This document shows positions 27,781 to 37,817 of a stretch of 64,000 bases of DNA, in pieces. A program made the translations under genes and the position numbers. The notes beneath the pieces were generated by a model. It saw only the letters and a list, made by a program, of their open reading frames with translations, did not search any database and had not been told where the DNA came from. The stretch covers positions 2,090,146 through 2,154,145 of the forward strand of contig OZ244226.1 in assembly GCA_965217035.1 (NCBI GenBank), in the 5' to 3' direction. Source of the DNA: Bacteriovoracaceae bacterium. GTDB lineage: Bacteria > Bdellovibrionota > Bacteriovoracia > Bacteriovoracales > Bacteriovoracaceae. The number at the start of each line of letters is the position of its first letter. Position 1 is the stretch's first letter.

Positions 27781-28275
27781 ATGTATAAGGTTCCAAGTGC
27801 GAGACGGAAGAAAAGAAAGTTCACACCGTTAAATCTAATCCCAATATTAGATGTTGTGTTCATTCTGATTTTTTTCTTATTGGCATCGGCACAATTGATA
27901 AGATTGTTTGAAATTGGATCAAACTTACCAATTTTTCGAATTAGTACTAAAGTGAATCCGGAGAAAGATAATTTTGAATTAAAAGTTACAGTAAACCAAA
28001 ATTCAATTCTTTTAGCGAATTATAAAAAGGGTGAAATTCTCAGAGAAATTAATGTAAGAGACTGGAAATCTGAGAAGATTTTAAAAATTTTGAATGATGC
28101 TATTGTACAAATTAAGAAAAGGTATCCAAGCGAAAATAGAGTCGTTGTTACAGCTCACAGGAAAGTGAATTATCAGAATTTAGTTAATATTTTGGATAAT
28201 ATTAGAACCAATAATAATTCTGGGGTTTCTGATGAGAATAAGTTTCTCTTTAGTCAGATTATGTTTGAGGAATAA
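27781..28275 (+). CDS. ExbD/TolR family protein (AglQ/AglS-like)
   Basis: LNLIPILDVVFILIFFLL with the conserved TM Asp. Confidence 0.9.
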   Translation: MYKVPSARRKKRKFTPLNLIPILDVVFILIFFLLASAQLIRLFEIGSNLPIFRISTKVNPEKDNFELKVTVNQNSILLANYKKGEILREINVRDWKSEKILKILNDAIVQIKKRYPSENRVVVTAHRKVNYQNLVNILDNIRTNNNSGVSDENKFLFSQIMFEE

Positions 28276-28277
28276 GA

Positions 28278-28778
28278 ATGAGTAGTCGTAAACGGTTTAT
28301 TCGATTTCGAACAAGAAGAAAGAATAAAGGAGATTTTCATCTTGAGTTAAACTCTCTGCTTGATGTCCTTGTTATTCTACTTGTTTTTCTCATTAAGAAC
28401 TACACGACCTCTGAGGTTGAACTCATGATCCCCAAAGGGATGCAAATCCCTCTTTCGATCTCTCAAACTCTTGTTCACAAAGGTGTAACAGTTGAAATGT
28501 CTAAAGATCGAGAGGTTATCATCAGTGGGAAGCTTGTAACAAAGGTGAAACCTAATTCATGGAGTGGCAAGGACTCTTTAAAGGTTAAAAATGAATTGAT
28601 GGCGATTAAGGATCGTATTGAGAGAATTAATATTGAGTCAGATGAATCAGCTCCCTTTTCAGGGGTTATCAACCTTCTAATGGATCGATCTGTTGACTAT
28701 TATCATATTAAAAAAATTATGAATGTTTCTGCTGAAATTGGATTTGAGCAGTTTAAATTTATTGTTATCGAGGGATAA
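28278..28778 (+). CDS. second ExbD/TolR family protein (AglS/AglQ-like)
   Basis: LNSLLDVLVILLVFLIK; C-terminal MDRSVDY..IKKIM. Confidence 0.9.
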   Translation: MSSRKRFIRFRTRRKNKGDFHLELNSLLDVLVILLVFLIKNYTTSEVELMIPKGMQIPLSISQTLVHKGVTVEMSKDREVIISGKLVTKVKPNSWSGKDSLKVKNELMAIKDRIERINIESDESAPFSGVINLLMDRSVDYYHIKKIMNVSAEIGFEQFKFIVIEG

Positions 28779-31606
28779 TGATTATTAGGTATGCTCTTTT
28801 ATTATTGTTCTTCTCCTTTCCGCAGGCCTGGGCAGCCAAAGAAGGAGGATATGACATAAAACTTCTTAAGGTTTTAAAGAGGGAGTACAAAGCTGCTTAT
28901 AAGCTTTGGAAAAAGAAACCCAATGCTCGTAACTATTATAGAGTTTATAATTCTAGGGTCGAAATTCTAAATCTTCAGGAAAAAAAATTAAGAGCTTTTC
29001 AATTCAAGAAAAAAAATAGTGTTGCTGCGAGAAAATTAGAAAAAAAGAACAAGCAGTTTTATTTAAAAACTAAAAAATTTGGAGATCAAATTGATAAGAA
29101 GTTCAAGGATTTTTCAAATCAAGGAAAATTTAACCTCATGCAAGGACTCCTTATCTTTGAATATGATAGTGAATCGAGAGAAGCAGAAAGATATTTTTTA
29201 AAAGCTATTAAAACTTTAAAGAGCAAGGAGCTTAAAAATAATGCTTCTGGAAAATTAGGAGATTATTACTTTAATTTAAAATCTTATAAAAAAGCAATCA
29301 AGTACTACTCGTTAGCATTAAAGATCAAAAGGGATAATACTTGGACTGATCGCTATTACTATAACATGGCATGGTCTTTCTTTAAACTTGATCAATTTGA
29401 TAATGCTGTTCGCTCTTTATATGCAATTTATAGGTATACGAAAAAGAAGAATGAGCAGAATTATTTTTATACTCAAGCTCTATCTAAAATCCCTCAGTTT
29501 TATGTTTTTGCAGGTTATCCTGACAAAGGTTTTGTATTTGTTCAAAAGACACGTGTTAATGACGGCAAGGCCCTTTTTGATTATATAAAGTACGTTTACG
29601 AGAAGGGATTCTTTTCTAAATTTGATGATTATGTTCTTAAAATTGAACAACTCTTAGAAAGAAAAAAGAAATATGACAGCCTTCTCAGTTTTCGTGTTGA
29701 AATGTACAACTTTCTTGTTCAATCAGAATTTAAGAAAACTCGTTCAACAATGGTGAAACTGAGAAAAAATATTTTGAAGTATTTGAAAGACGGGCAACTT
29801 GATAAAGACCTTTCTGAACAATTTGCAAATCTCAATCTAAAGCTATTGGGAGAAAATCTTAAAAGAGTTAATAAAAAAGATTTTAGCAAAAGAGATAGGT
29901 ATTTTAAGCCTATTATGGAAGATACCATTACTCTTCTCCTGACAATGATAGAGATTCAACCTAAGAAACGATTTACTTATGAGCTTCGATACGCACAAGT
30001 TTTAAGAAAGACTGGGAAAAAGCAGCAAGCACTTTTAAAATTTGAGCAACTCTATAAAAGAGTAAAAAATAAAAAATCCAAAACAGCGGCAAAATTACTT
30101 GATGAGATAATCTCCCTTTACTCTGATTCTAGTCTTAATGATAAAGTAAGTAAGGCTCGAGCTCGTTCCTATTATATTGATTATATAAAATATGGACGTG
30201 ATCCTCAGGCTAAGAAAATCATTTATTTGAAATTATATGATATCCACTTTAATGAGAAGAATTATAAAAAAGCTTTCTCTCTTATAAAGAAATATAATAA
30301 GAAATATCCTAGAGAAGCAAGGCAAGTTGAACTTATGCTTCTTAAACTTGCAACGGCTGCTCAGCAGTCTCAAGACGAATTTTTGATCAGGAATCTTAAA
30401 GACTATATCGCTGCCGATCTAGGTTTAAGCCAATCAGGACAACTTAAAAAAGTAACAAGTGCTAGTTATCAAAACCTTGTATTTGGAAAAATCAATAAAC
30501 TTTTAAAGGAAGAAAAGGGGAATAAGTCAGAAATTGCTCAAAAGCTTGTTGATTTTTATAAAGATAAAGAAGTGGATCGAGTGAATCGAGTTATTTCAGG
30601 TTTTAATGCAGGACTTATTTTCCATAAAATAGGATCTTTTGGACAAGCAGGTAATTTATTTATCCAAATTATTAACTCAAGTTTACCTGATGAATTTACA
30701 AGTTATTCTCCTAAAATTGAATCACTTGCAGTCGAAGGAGTCATGAATAATCCAACTTATTCATTGGCTATTTTGAATAGTATTTATAAGAAGTCTTGTG
30801 AGCTTAAGAGCTTTTCCCGAACTAAAAATTTTCTTGGTTACTTGGAAGCTCTTTTGATGCATGAAAGGTTTAGTGAGGTAGAAACTCATATACAGTCGAT
30901 TGCAACTTGTCAGGTGAAACCAACGATTAAAAATTCGATCTACTCATTAGTTTATGAATATACTAATTTTACTAAGCCAGGAAAAATTGGAGCCGCTCTC
31001 AAAGTAATCATGCAAGCAAATGGACAAGAGAGTGTGAATGATTTCATTCAGGAATATATAGCGTTTGTTTTTAATCAAGTGAAAACTTTAAACAAATATG
31101 ATTTTAGAGCGACTTTTGATCGCATAGAAAATGTTCTTGCAACTACAAAACAAGCGAATACTCCAATCTATCAGGATTATAAAAATATTATAAACATTGG
31201 TATTAATCCTGTAGGTTTTCAATCGATGCCCCTTACGATGAAAAACCTTGAAGCCTTTTTAGATAAAAACTTAGGTCTTTTTATAGAGAAAACAACAAGT
31301 CTCTCTAAATATGAAACGTCGTATCCGCTAGCTTTGAGTTTGAAAGATATTGTGCAAATTACAATGTTCGAAGAAATGCTCATCTTTATGGATTCTGAAA
31401 TTAAGAAAATAAAAAACCCTATTGAAAGTGAACAGATCTCTGATTTGATCAACCAAGCTCTAGATCCTTTTAGGCAGAAGCTTAAAAACTTAGTGAACAC
31501 AAGAAAGATAAAAAAAGATCAATACCAATTAAGGTTCATTTCTCTGAACGCACCACTGAACTTTATTTATCCGAATAAAACTTTCTATGTACAGGGGCGC
31601 GAATGA
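28778..31606 (+). CDS. large periplasmic TPR protein (GltD/AgmU-like)
   Basis: Signal peptide, TPR repeats (LGDYYFNLKSYKKAIKYY, YYNMAWSFFKL); operon context. Confidence 0.7.
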   Translation: MIIRYALLLLFFSFPQAWAAKEGGYDIKLLKVLKREYKAAYKLWKKKPNARNYYRVYNSRVEILNLQEKKLRAFQFKKKNSVAARKLEKKNKQFYLKTKKFGDQIDKKFKDFSNQGKFNLMQGLLIFEYDSESREAERYFLKAIKTLKSKELKNNASGKLGDYYFNLKSYKKAIKYYSLALKIKRDNTWTDRYYYNMAWSFFKLDQFDNAVRSLYAIYRYTKKKNEQNYFYTQALSKIPQFYVFAGYPDKGFVFVQKTRVNDGKALFDYIKYVYEKGFFSKFDDYVLKIEQLLERKKKYDSLLSFRVEMYNFLVQSEFKKTRSTMVKLRKNILKYLKDGQLDKDLSEQFANLNLKLLGENLKRVNKKDFSKRDRYFKPIMEDTITLLLTMIEIQPKKRFTYELRYAQVLRKTGKKQQALLKFEQLYKRVKNKKSKTAAKLLDEIISLYSDSSLNDKVSKARARSYYIDYIKYGRDPQAKKIIYLKLYDIHFNEKNYKKAFSLIKKYNKKYPREARQVELMLLKLATAAQQSQDEFLIRNLKDYIAADLGLSQSGQLKKVTSASYQNLVFGKINKLLKEEKGNKSEIAQKLVDFYKDKEVDRVNRVISGFNAGLIFHKIGSFGQAGNLFIQIINSSLPDEFTSYSPKIESLAVEGVMNNPTYSLAILNSIYKKSCELKSFSRTKNFLGYLEALLMHERFSEVETHIQSIATCQVKPTIKNSIYSLVYEYTNFTKPGKIGAALKVIMQANGQESVNDFIQEYIAFVFNQVKTLNKYDFRATFDRIENVLATTKQANTPIYQDYKNIINIGINPVGFQSMPLTMKNLEAFLDKNLGLFIEKTTSLSKYETSYPLALSLKDIVQITMFEEMLIFMDSEIKKIKNPIESEQISDLINQALDPFRQKLKNLVNTRKIKKDQYQLRFISLNAPLNFIYPNKTFYVQGRE

Positions 31607-32337
31607 AAAATATATGGAATAGCCTCTTACTGATTTCTCTAATTGCTTGTTCTCAAGGTTCAAATAATGAAGATGTTGCCGTTGTTGAGGCCGTTGATGA
31701 TCGATCAAGTTTTCCTGGTAAATATAGTATCGCAGGAGATCAAGACTATATCGATGAAATCAAGCAACTTTGCATCAGTACTGGAGAAATTCCAGAAGAG
31801 CAGGAGCTTGAACAAGCTTTAGGATGTCTTTATTCTGGAGAGCTTAAAAAGAGTTACTTTCTTTATAAGCTTCAACTTCCCAACCTTGATAAAAAGCCTT
31901 TAAAGAAAGCACTGGTTTTAAACAATATGGGTGTTATTCAAATGAACTGGGGGCATAAAGATTTAGCGGAAAGTCTTTTTTCAGAGTCAATTGAAGTCTC
32001 TCGAAATATCATGAATGTTTTTAATTTCTTGAAAATTCAAGTTGAAGATGGAGCTTTCACAAATCAATCTTTAATTCCTTTTATAGAGAATGCTGATTTA
32101 CAAGGAAATGATCTTGATCTCTTAAAAGCGAAAATTTCAGTTGTTCAAAGAAAAAATGAAACGGCTATTCAGAACTATGATTCGATGGTGAGTAAAGAGA
32201 GTGAAGTCATTAATTATCTTTATTTTCTTTACAATATTAAGAGCGATATCAAATTTAAAGAGGTTGCTCAACGTTTTGAGAGTGAAGTGGGCGACAATGT
32301 CAGTTTCTTAATCATGAATGAAAAGATAGGGCCATAA
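31603..32337 (+). CDS. TPR lipoprotein (GltE-like)
   Basis: Lipobox LIAC; TPR LNNMGVI...LAESLFSES. Confidence 0.62.
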   Translation: MKNIWNSLLLISLIACSQGSNNEDVAVVEAVDDRSSFPGKYSIAGDQDYIDEIKQLCISTGEIPEEQELEQALGCLYSGELKKSYFLYKLQLPNLDKKPLKKALVLNNMGVIQMNWGHKDLAESLFSESIEVSRNIMNVFNFLKIQVEDGAFTNQSLIPFIENADLQGNDLDLLKAKISVVQRKNETAIQNYDSMVSKESEVINYLYFLYNIKSDIKFKEVAQRFESEVGDNVSFLIMNEKIGP

Positions 32338-34367
32338 TGAGTGATAAGCACCAATTTATTTTAAGCCCAATGAATCAAGACTATCCTCTGATTATGGTGA
32401 GAGATAGAGTTCTTACGATAGGGCGTTCTGAGACATGTGATTATACCGTTAATAACCAGTTCCTCTCATTTGTTCATGCTTCGTTACTTAAAAAAGGTGA
32501 CAAACTTATTGCTACCGATCTCGATTCAACAAACGGTATCTTTATTAATGATGAAAGAGTTCCAACAGGAGAGTTAAAAGACGGTGATATTTTAAGATTT
32601 GGATCTATTCGTTATAAAGTAGAACACAGAGAGTTAAAACAATCTTATCCACACCTTCCTGAAAACACAGACACTCAAAAATTAATGAAGGATGAGGTTG
32701 TTATTTCTGGCTTAACAAGCTCGAGAATAAAAAATTCTCTAAGAGAAGTCTCAATTCCTATGAGTAGAGAGGCTACAACGATTATAAACTCTGATGATTT
32801 TGAGACATTAAGACCTTCAACGAATCAAGAGCAAACGATTATTGGTTTATTTCCGCAATTTGAATTCAGCGAATTTATTTTCGAAGAAGATATTGAGGGA
32901 AGTGCTTTCGATCTTAATGACAGAGAAAAATCACTCGAAGTGACCTCTCTTTTTGGAAATTGCATTCACGAAGTTGATTATTTTGTTTCTAGTGAAAAGA
33001 AACTTGTTTTGACGGCAAAAACAGGGGAAGAAAATAAAATCGCTGTTCCAATTATGGGGCTCAATGAAGATCTTAAACTTGCAGAATCAATTGGAGATGA
33101 CAAGTTTAGACTTCTTAAGACAGACTTTTTTGATTATAAAATTTACACTGCCGAAGGAGTGAAAACAGACTGTTTTCTCACGCAAGATACTTATGATCTT
33201 GATACAAATGATTTAGTTGTTATCAGCAATGACAATCTTAAAATTTATCTTAAGCAAACAGATTCTCCTCCTCCGACTAAGAAAGTAAAGTTTTTCGATA
33301 GAGATAAGCTTTTAGTTTGGTTATTTTCATTCTTTGCTATTTTTTGGTTATTATTTATCGGTTTATTATTTGTTTTTGAACCAGAAGAAAAACCTAAGGA
33401 TCCAGAAAAAATTAGTAAGAAAATTGATCGAATTCTTTATAAGAAGAAAATTATTAAACCACTAAGGGCAAAGATTGAAGACAAAGAAGCGTCAGATAAG
33501 ACAGAGGTCGATAATACTATTGTTGATAATAAGCAAAAGAAGAAGCTTATTAGAGAAGATGAGCCAAGAGAAGAAGAGGTTGAAAGGGAGCCTGTAGAGG
33601 AAGAAACTGAAGAAGAACCGACCCAAGTTGAGGGCAAAGATGACGTCAAAGAAAAGGTGATTGCTCCATCTCCTCCTGTCCTAGATCCGGAGCCAGTAGA
33701 GGATCCCAAACCGGCTAAGGCTCAAAAGATTAGTAAAAAAGTTGTTCGAACAAGTTTAAAGACTAAAAAAGTAATATCTCCAGCGACAAAAATAAAATCT
33801 CTTACGAGTAAATATTCCCAAGCTCTAAGTAATATCTCATCAAATACTTCTAAGAGTAAAAGCAGTAAAAAACTTAGAAAAAGTATTACTCAGACGACTG
33901 GAAAAGCAGGCAAACAAGATGTTTCTTTTATTGCAAATAAAAGAAGAAAAAGTAATGTTCTTAGAGGAAAAAGAATTGGTAACTTCGGGACTGGAAAAGT
34001 TAATGCTGGATCTAGTGGGAGAGTTATTGGTTTGAAGAATAGTATTGCTCGGAAAACAGTAATTCTGGGGATGCTTGATCCAAGAGATGTTCAAAATGTT
34101 TTAAGGAAGCATCTCCCTCGATTTTCTTATTGTTATGATCTAGAATTAGAGAGAAAAAATACAAGATTTTCTACGACGATCGATTTAAAGTTTACAATTA
34201 CTGAAAAAGGCCGAGCGATAAAACCTTCGTTTACGACAAAAAAGTTAACCTTTTCATCGAAAGCAATCCGTTGCTTTAGAAAAGTTATAAGTACGATTCA
34301 ATTTCCAAAGCCTCGCGGTGGCGGTATTGTAAAAGTTAGACAGCCTATTAACTTGGAGCCAAAATAA
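32337..34367 (+). CDS. FHA - TM - AgmX/PglI (TonB-C-like) protein (GltG-like)
   Basis: FHA (IGRS...S..HA...DLDSTNG), one TM, Pro/Glu-rich linker, C-terminal CY..EL...C...I.FPKPRGGG. Confidence 0.82.
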   Translation: MSDKHQFILSPMNQDYPLIMVRDRVLTIGRSETCDYTVNNQFLSFVHASLLKKGDKLIATDLDSTNGIFINDERVPTGELKDGDILRFGSIRYKVEHRELKQSYPHLPENTDTQKLMKDEVVISGLTSSRIKNSLREVSIPMSREATTIINSDDFETLRPSTNQEQTIIGLFPQFEFSEFIFEEDIEGSAFDLNDREKSLEVTSLFGNCIHEVDYFVSSEKKLVLTAKTGEENKIAVPIMGLNEDLKLAESIGDDKFRLLKTDFFDYKIYTAEGVKTDCFLTQDTYDLDTNDLVVISNDNLKIYLKQTDSPPPTKKVKFFDRDKLLVWLFSFFAIFWLLFIGLLFVFEPEEKPKDPEKISKKIDRILYKKKIIKPLRAKIEDKEASDKTEVDNTIVDNKQKKKLIREDEPREEEVEREPVEEETEEEPTQVEGKDDVKEKVIAPSPPVLDPEPVEDPKPAKAQKISKKVVRTSLKTKKVISPATKIKSLTSKYSQALSNISSNTSKSKSSKKLRKSITQTTGKAGKQDVSFIANKRRKSNVLRGKRIGNFGTGKVNAGSSGRVIGLKNSIARKTVILGMLDPRDVQNVLRKHLPRFSYCYDLELERKNTRFSTTIDLKFTITEKGRAIKPSFTTKKLTFSSKAIRCFRKVISTIQFPKPRGGGIVKVRQPINLEPK

Positions 34368-35797
34368 TGAAAAGTTTTCTTAGCCTTATCTTGGCTTTCA
34401 CTGTTTTTACTAATTTGGGATATGCCAATAAAAAGAGAAGAAAAAAAAGGAAAGCTCCTTTTCATGCTTACTATATGCAGGCAAAAAATAGCTTTAGAGG
34501 AAATAAGCCGTTTATAGCCTCAAGCTTCCTCAAAATTTATATGGTTAAGGCTAACAAGCCCACAAAAGCATCGATTCGTTTAATGGCAAAAATATTAGAG
34601 AAAACTAATATTTATCCATTCTTGGATCTCCCGATATCGAAGTTGAAGAGAATTGCAAAACATTCCAATATTAATTATCTAGCTGGGAAAAAAGCTTTTT
34701 TTAAGAAGAAAGATAATGAAGCAATTCAATTTTTTAAAAAAGTTTCAAAATCTTCTCCATTCTATCCCCAATCAAGAATGCACCTAGCATCTCTCTCTGA
34801 GATTAATGGGCTTTATAGTTTGAGCCGAAAATATACAAAAGAATGTATCCAATCAACCTCTCGAACTTATAACAATATGCCTACAGATAATCGCGAAATA
34901 CAAGGGCGTATCAGAGATCATATCTATGATATCTGTCGGCAGCTCCTACCGAGAATGCTTTATAAGCAAGGAGAAATCACTAAGTCGATTCGTTTCTTTG
35001 AGAAATTAGACAACCAATCTTATCTTTTCCCTAATGCCCTTTTTGATAGTTCTTGGGCTTATTGGAGAGATAAAGACTATAACCGAGCAGTCGGTCGAAA
35101 TCTGACTTTCCAAGCGCCTCTATTTGATGATTACTTTTTGCCGGAGACAGAGCTTGTAAAAGCTTTGAGTTATCTAGAAGTTTGTGATTACGATGAGGCA
35201 CTTGCTGTTGTAAAAAACTTTGAGAAAAAGATCAGAGCGAAAGCAGAAAGATTTATTAAATCATTTCGATTAAAAGAATCAGGGAATAACTATGCCTATC
35301 TTGATTTAATTTATAGTTCGAAACTTAGAAAGCAATATAAAGATAATTTTATCATTAAGCTCGTTACTGTCCTTCAAGTAAAACCTGGAATGATGCTTTT
35401 GAAGCATTACCTTGGAAATTTAAGAAAGGAGAAGGCGAGAGCTAAAACGAGTATTGAGAGAAAAGCTTATAAAGCAGCTTTTAAAAAGTTTACCAAATTC
35501 TTTAATAGTTATGTAAAGTTGAAATTCGTTAAATATTCAAAAGAAGTTATTCGGATTTCGAATATATTTGCGGAGATTGAACTCGATCTTTATACGCTCC
35601 TTAAGCATAGAATTTATGATGAGAAAGCTGGAAAGAAGTCTATCCAAGAACGTCTCGAATTTTATCTCAAAAATACTAATAGAAAAAAATCTCAATATTA
35701 TTGGGATTTCAAAGGTGAGTTTTGGGCAGATGAATTAGGTAATTATATCCCATTACTCGAGAATAAGTGTAAAAACAAAAGAGGTAAGAAAAAATGA
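34367..35797 (+). CDS. periplasmic TPR-like protein (GltC-like)
   Basis: Signal peptide, ALF..SWAY, PE..LV.AL.YL..C, C-terminal YWDFKGEFWADELG.Y. Confidence 0.75.
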   Translation: MKSFLSLILAFTVFTNLGYANKKRRKKRKAPFHAYYMQAKNSFRGNKPFIASSFLKIYMVKANKPTKASIRLMAKILEKTNIYPFLDLPISKLKRIAKHSNINYLAGKKAFFKKKDNEAIQFFKKVSKSSPFYPQSRMHLASLSEINGLYSLSRKYTKECIQSTSRTYNNMPTDNREIQGRIRDHIYDICRQLLPRMLYKQGEITKSIRFFEKLDNQSYLFPNALFDSSWAYWRDKDYNRAVGRNLTFQAPLFDDYFLPETELVKALSYLEVCDYDEALAVVKNFEKKIRAKAERFIKSFRLKESGNNYAYLDLIYSSKLRKQYKDNFIIKLVTVLQVKPGMMLLKHYLGNLRKEKARAKTSIERKAYKAAFKKFTKFFNSYVKLKFVKYSKEVIRISNIFAEIELDLYTLLKHRIYDEKAGKKSIQERLEFYLKNTNRKKSQYYWDFKGEFWADELGNYIPLLENKCKNKRGKKK

Positions 35798-36117
35798 AAT
35801 ACTTGCTCTTATTTTTCTTAAGTCTTTCGGCATTTCCTCAACCTGAACCTCTCGAGTCAGAATATGATGATGAGAATATTCCTGAGGTGAAACGGAGTGT
35901 GAAGTCCACTGCTGATTATTTAAACGATAAAAACGTGATTATCAAATACAAATCAGAAGAGTATTTTGATTTTGATGCGCTCAGAGTCGAAGGAGAAATT
36001 ATTACTCCTGAAGATTTATCGACTCGTTCTAATAAACGTGTTCGATTTAATATTAGAGATCATGTTCGTAAAAATTTTGATGACTTTATCCGGGAGGATT
36101 TAATTGATATTCATTAA
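35794..36117 (+). CDS. small secreted GltF/CglF-like protein
   Basis: FDFDALRVEGEIITP...RKNF pattern; operon context. Confidence 0.65.
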   Translation: MKYLLLFFLSLSAFPQPEPLESEYDDENIPEVKRSVKSTADYLNDKNVIIKYKSEEYFDFDALRVEGEIITPEDLSTRSNKRVRFNIRDHVRKNFDDFIREDLIDIH

Positions 36118-36808
36118 ACTATTAGCACTCTTATTTATTACCAATTGGGTTTATGCCGGAGTAAAGGATGTTTACGAATTCAAGTGGCTAGATCCAAAAA
36201 AGAAAGTTTTTGTTTTACAGAATAAACTCCATAAGAATAAAGGCTACGGAAATATTTCTCTTGGTTATGGAGATTCTTTACTTTCAGACTTCCAGGACAC
36301 AAGGGCCATTCATTTTATGGCGGATTACTACTTTTCTGAAGAATGGGGTTTTGAATTCTTCTATAGTAGTTATTCGAATTCTAATAACTCCTCTTACGAT
36401 GCTGTTCAGCAGGATACAGGTGGTTCTGTTATCCCTCATATCGTGAGATTTGAATCTCTTTATGGAGTTAATTTAATGTTCAGTCCTTTTTATGCCAAGG
36501 TAAATACCTTTAACACAATTTTTTACATAGATTGGAATTTTGGAGCAGGTTTCGCCTTAATGAATGTTGATGACAATACATTATCATTCAATACTGACAA
36601 CCCTGTGGATTTCTTTCAATCAAATACGGAATTCGGTCTTTCTTTAAAGACTCAAGTTCGTTGGCATTTAACTGGTCAAATTAATATTCAAATGGACTAT
36701 ATCTTCTATTTTGCAAACCTTCCTGAACCAACCCCGGGATCATCTTCGATTGATACAGGAATGAAAAGAAGCAGAGATATTATCTTTTCTCTTGGTTATA
36801 GATTTTAG
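36104..36808 (+). CDS. outer-membrane beta-barrel (GltA/B/H-like)
   Basis: TTG start after GGAGG; VLQNK, FSPFYAK, terminal LGYRF. Confidence 0.78.
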   Translation: MIFIKLLALLFITNWVYAGVKDVYEFKWLDPKKKVFVLQNKLHKNKGYGNISLGYGDSLLSDFQDTRAIHFMADYYFSEEWGFEFFYSSYSNSNNSSYDAVQQDTGGSVIPHIVRFESLYGVNLMFSPFYAKVNTFNTIFYIDWNFGAGFALMNVDDNTLSFNTDNPVDFFQSNTEFGLSLKTQVRWHLTGQINIQMDYIFYFANLPEPTPGSSSIDTGMKRSRDIIFSLGYRF

Positions 36809-36816
36809 GAATAAAA

Positions 36817-37626
36817 ATGAAAAAAGCACTAAGTTTACTGGTCTGTTTAATCTTTGGTTTTACTTCTTTAACTTATGCGAGTGAAGTTCATGATATTGAC
36901 TGGGCACAGAAGGTAGTTGAAAAGACTGTTAATAACCTGAAGCAACTTGATAGCACTGATGATTTTGAAATCTTGTTGGCCAAAAAGAAAAAAAGAAAAA
37001 AGCGACGCAGAAAAAGAAGAAGACAAAGAAAAAAGAAGAAGAAAGATAATCGAATGTCTCAAAAACATTCAAAAAAAGGGCGTTTTTATCTCGAGGGGAA
37101 TATTGGAGGTATTAGCCATAATAGTTTGACCGAAGAAGAAATTGAGGAACAAATCGGAACGAGTGTAATAAACTATTCTGTTGAAGGGAGTTCTATCGGT
37201 TTTTCTTTTGGAGGTGGTTATTACCTAAAAGAATGGTTTGCTCTTGAAGGTGCTTACAGTATTTTAGGAGTTGAGAAATCTTCATTTAACACAACAGAAG
37301 CAGTCGAAATCGAAAGAACATTTTCAGCGATTGAGATTAATGCAAAATTGGCTTACTGGATGGGGGAGGCAAAGAACTTTGCTCTTTATGCAAAGCCAGG
37401 TTTAGCGCTTTGGAGTCTCTCTGTTGATCAAGATAATGCAACAAGTGCGGATTTAAGTGAATCAGCAAGTGGAACAAGTTTCACTTTTGGTCTTGGAGGG
37501 GAATATTTCCTTAACCATAATTTCTATATGGGTGCAGGTCTGATGCTTTATCCAAGTCTTGGTAACGATGAATTAGGCTCACAAGGACATACGAAATACT
37601 TTATTAGTGCAGGTTTTCTTTTCTAG
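36817..37626 (+). CDS. OmpA-like beta-barrel with a polybasic N-terminal insert
   Basis: Signal peptide; KKKKRKKRRRKRRRQRKKKKK; beta strands (GGGYYL..WFALEGAY); terminal Phe. Confidence 0.8.
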   Translation: MKKALSLLVCLIFGFTSLTYASEVHDIDWAQKVVEKTVNNLKQLDSTDDFEILLAKKKKRKKRRRKRRRQRKKKKKDNRMSQKHSKKGRFYLEGNIGGISHNSLTEEEIEEQIGTSVINYSVEGSSIGFSFGGGYYLKEWFALEGAYSILGVEKSSFNTTEAVEIERTFSAIEINAKLAYWMGEAKNFALYAKPGLALWSLSVDQDNATSADLSESASGTSFTFGLGGEYFLNHNFYMGAGLMLYPSLGNDELGSQGHTKYFISAGFLF

Positions 37627-37649
37627 GACGGAAGAGTAAAACCAACTAC

Positions 37650-37677
37650 GGGGCCAAGGACGGCCCCTCTTTTTCTT
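37650..37677 (+). terminator. intrinsic terminator of the Agl-Glt operon
   Basis: GGGGCC-AAGGAC-GGCCCC followed by TCTTTTTCTT. Confidence 0.75.
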
Positions 37678-37817
37678 CACACTTCCAAAAATTATTTATT
37701 TCTTTGTCGAACGTTGAACTCCAAGCTTGCAACATAGCAAAGCACAGGTTTCAAGGTATCGGCTTGTTCTCCTTGAACTCATTTCATTGTTGATTGTGTG
37801 AGCATTAAAAAAACGAT

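Noticed and set aside
1401..37667. GGA-loop hairpins at 1401, 1482, 7169 and 37650 as CsrA sites
   Set aside because: Scattered, mostly terminators, and not clustered like CsrB-type RNAs or placed at ribosome binding sites
37680..37817. 10-mer AACATAGCAA shared (inverted) with the element at ~1447-1456
   Set aside because: The match does not extend convincingly; a 10-mer is expected by chance in 64 kb
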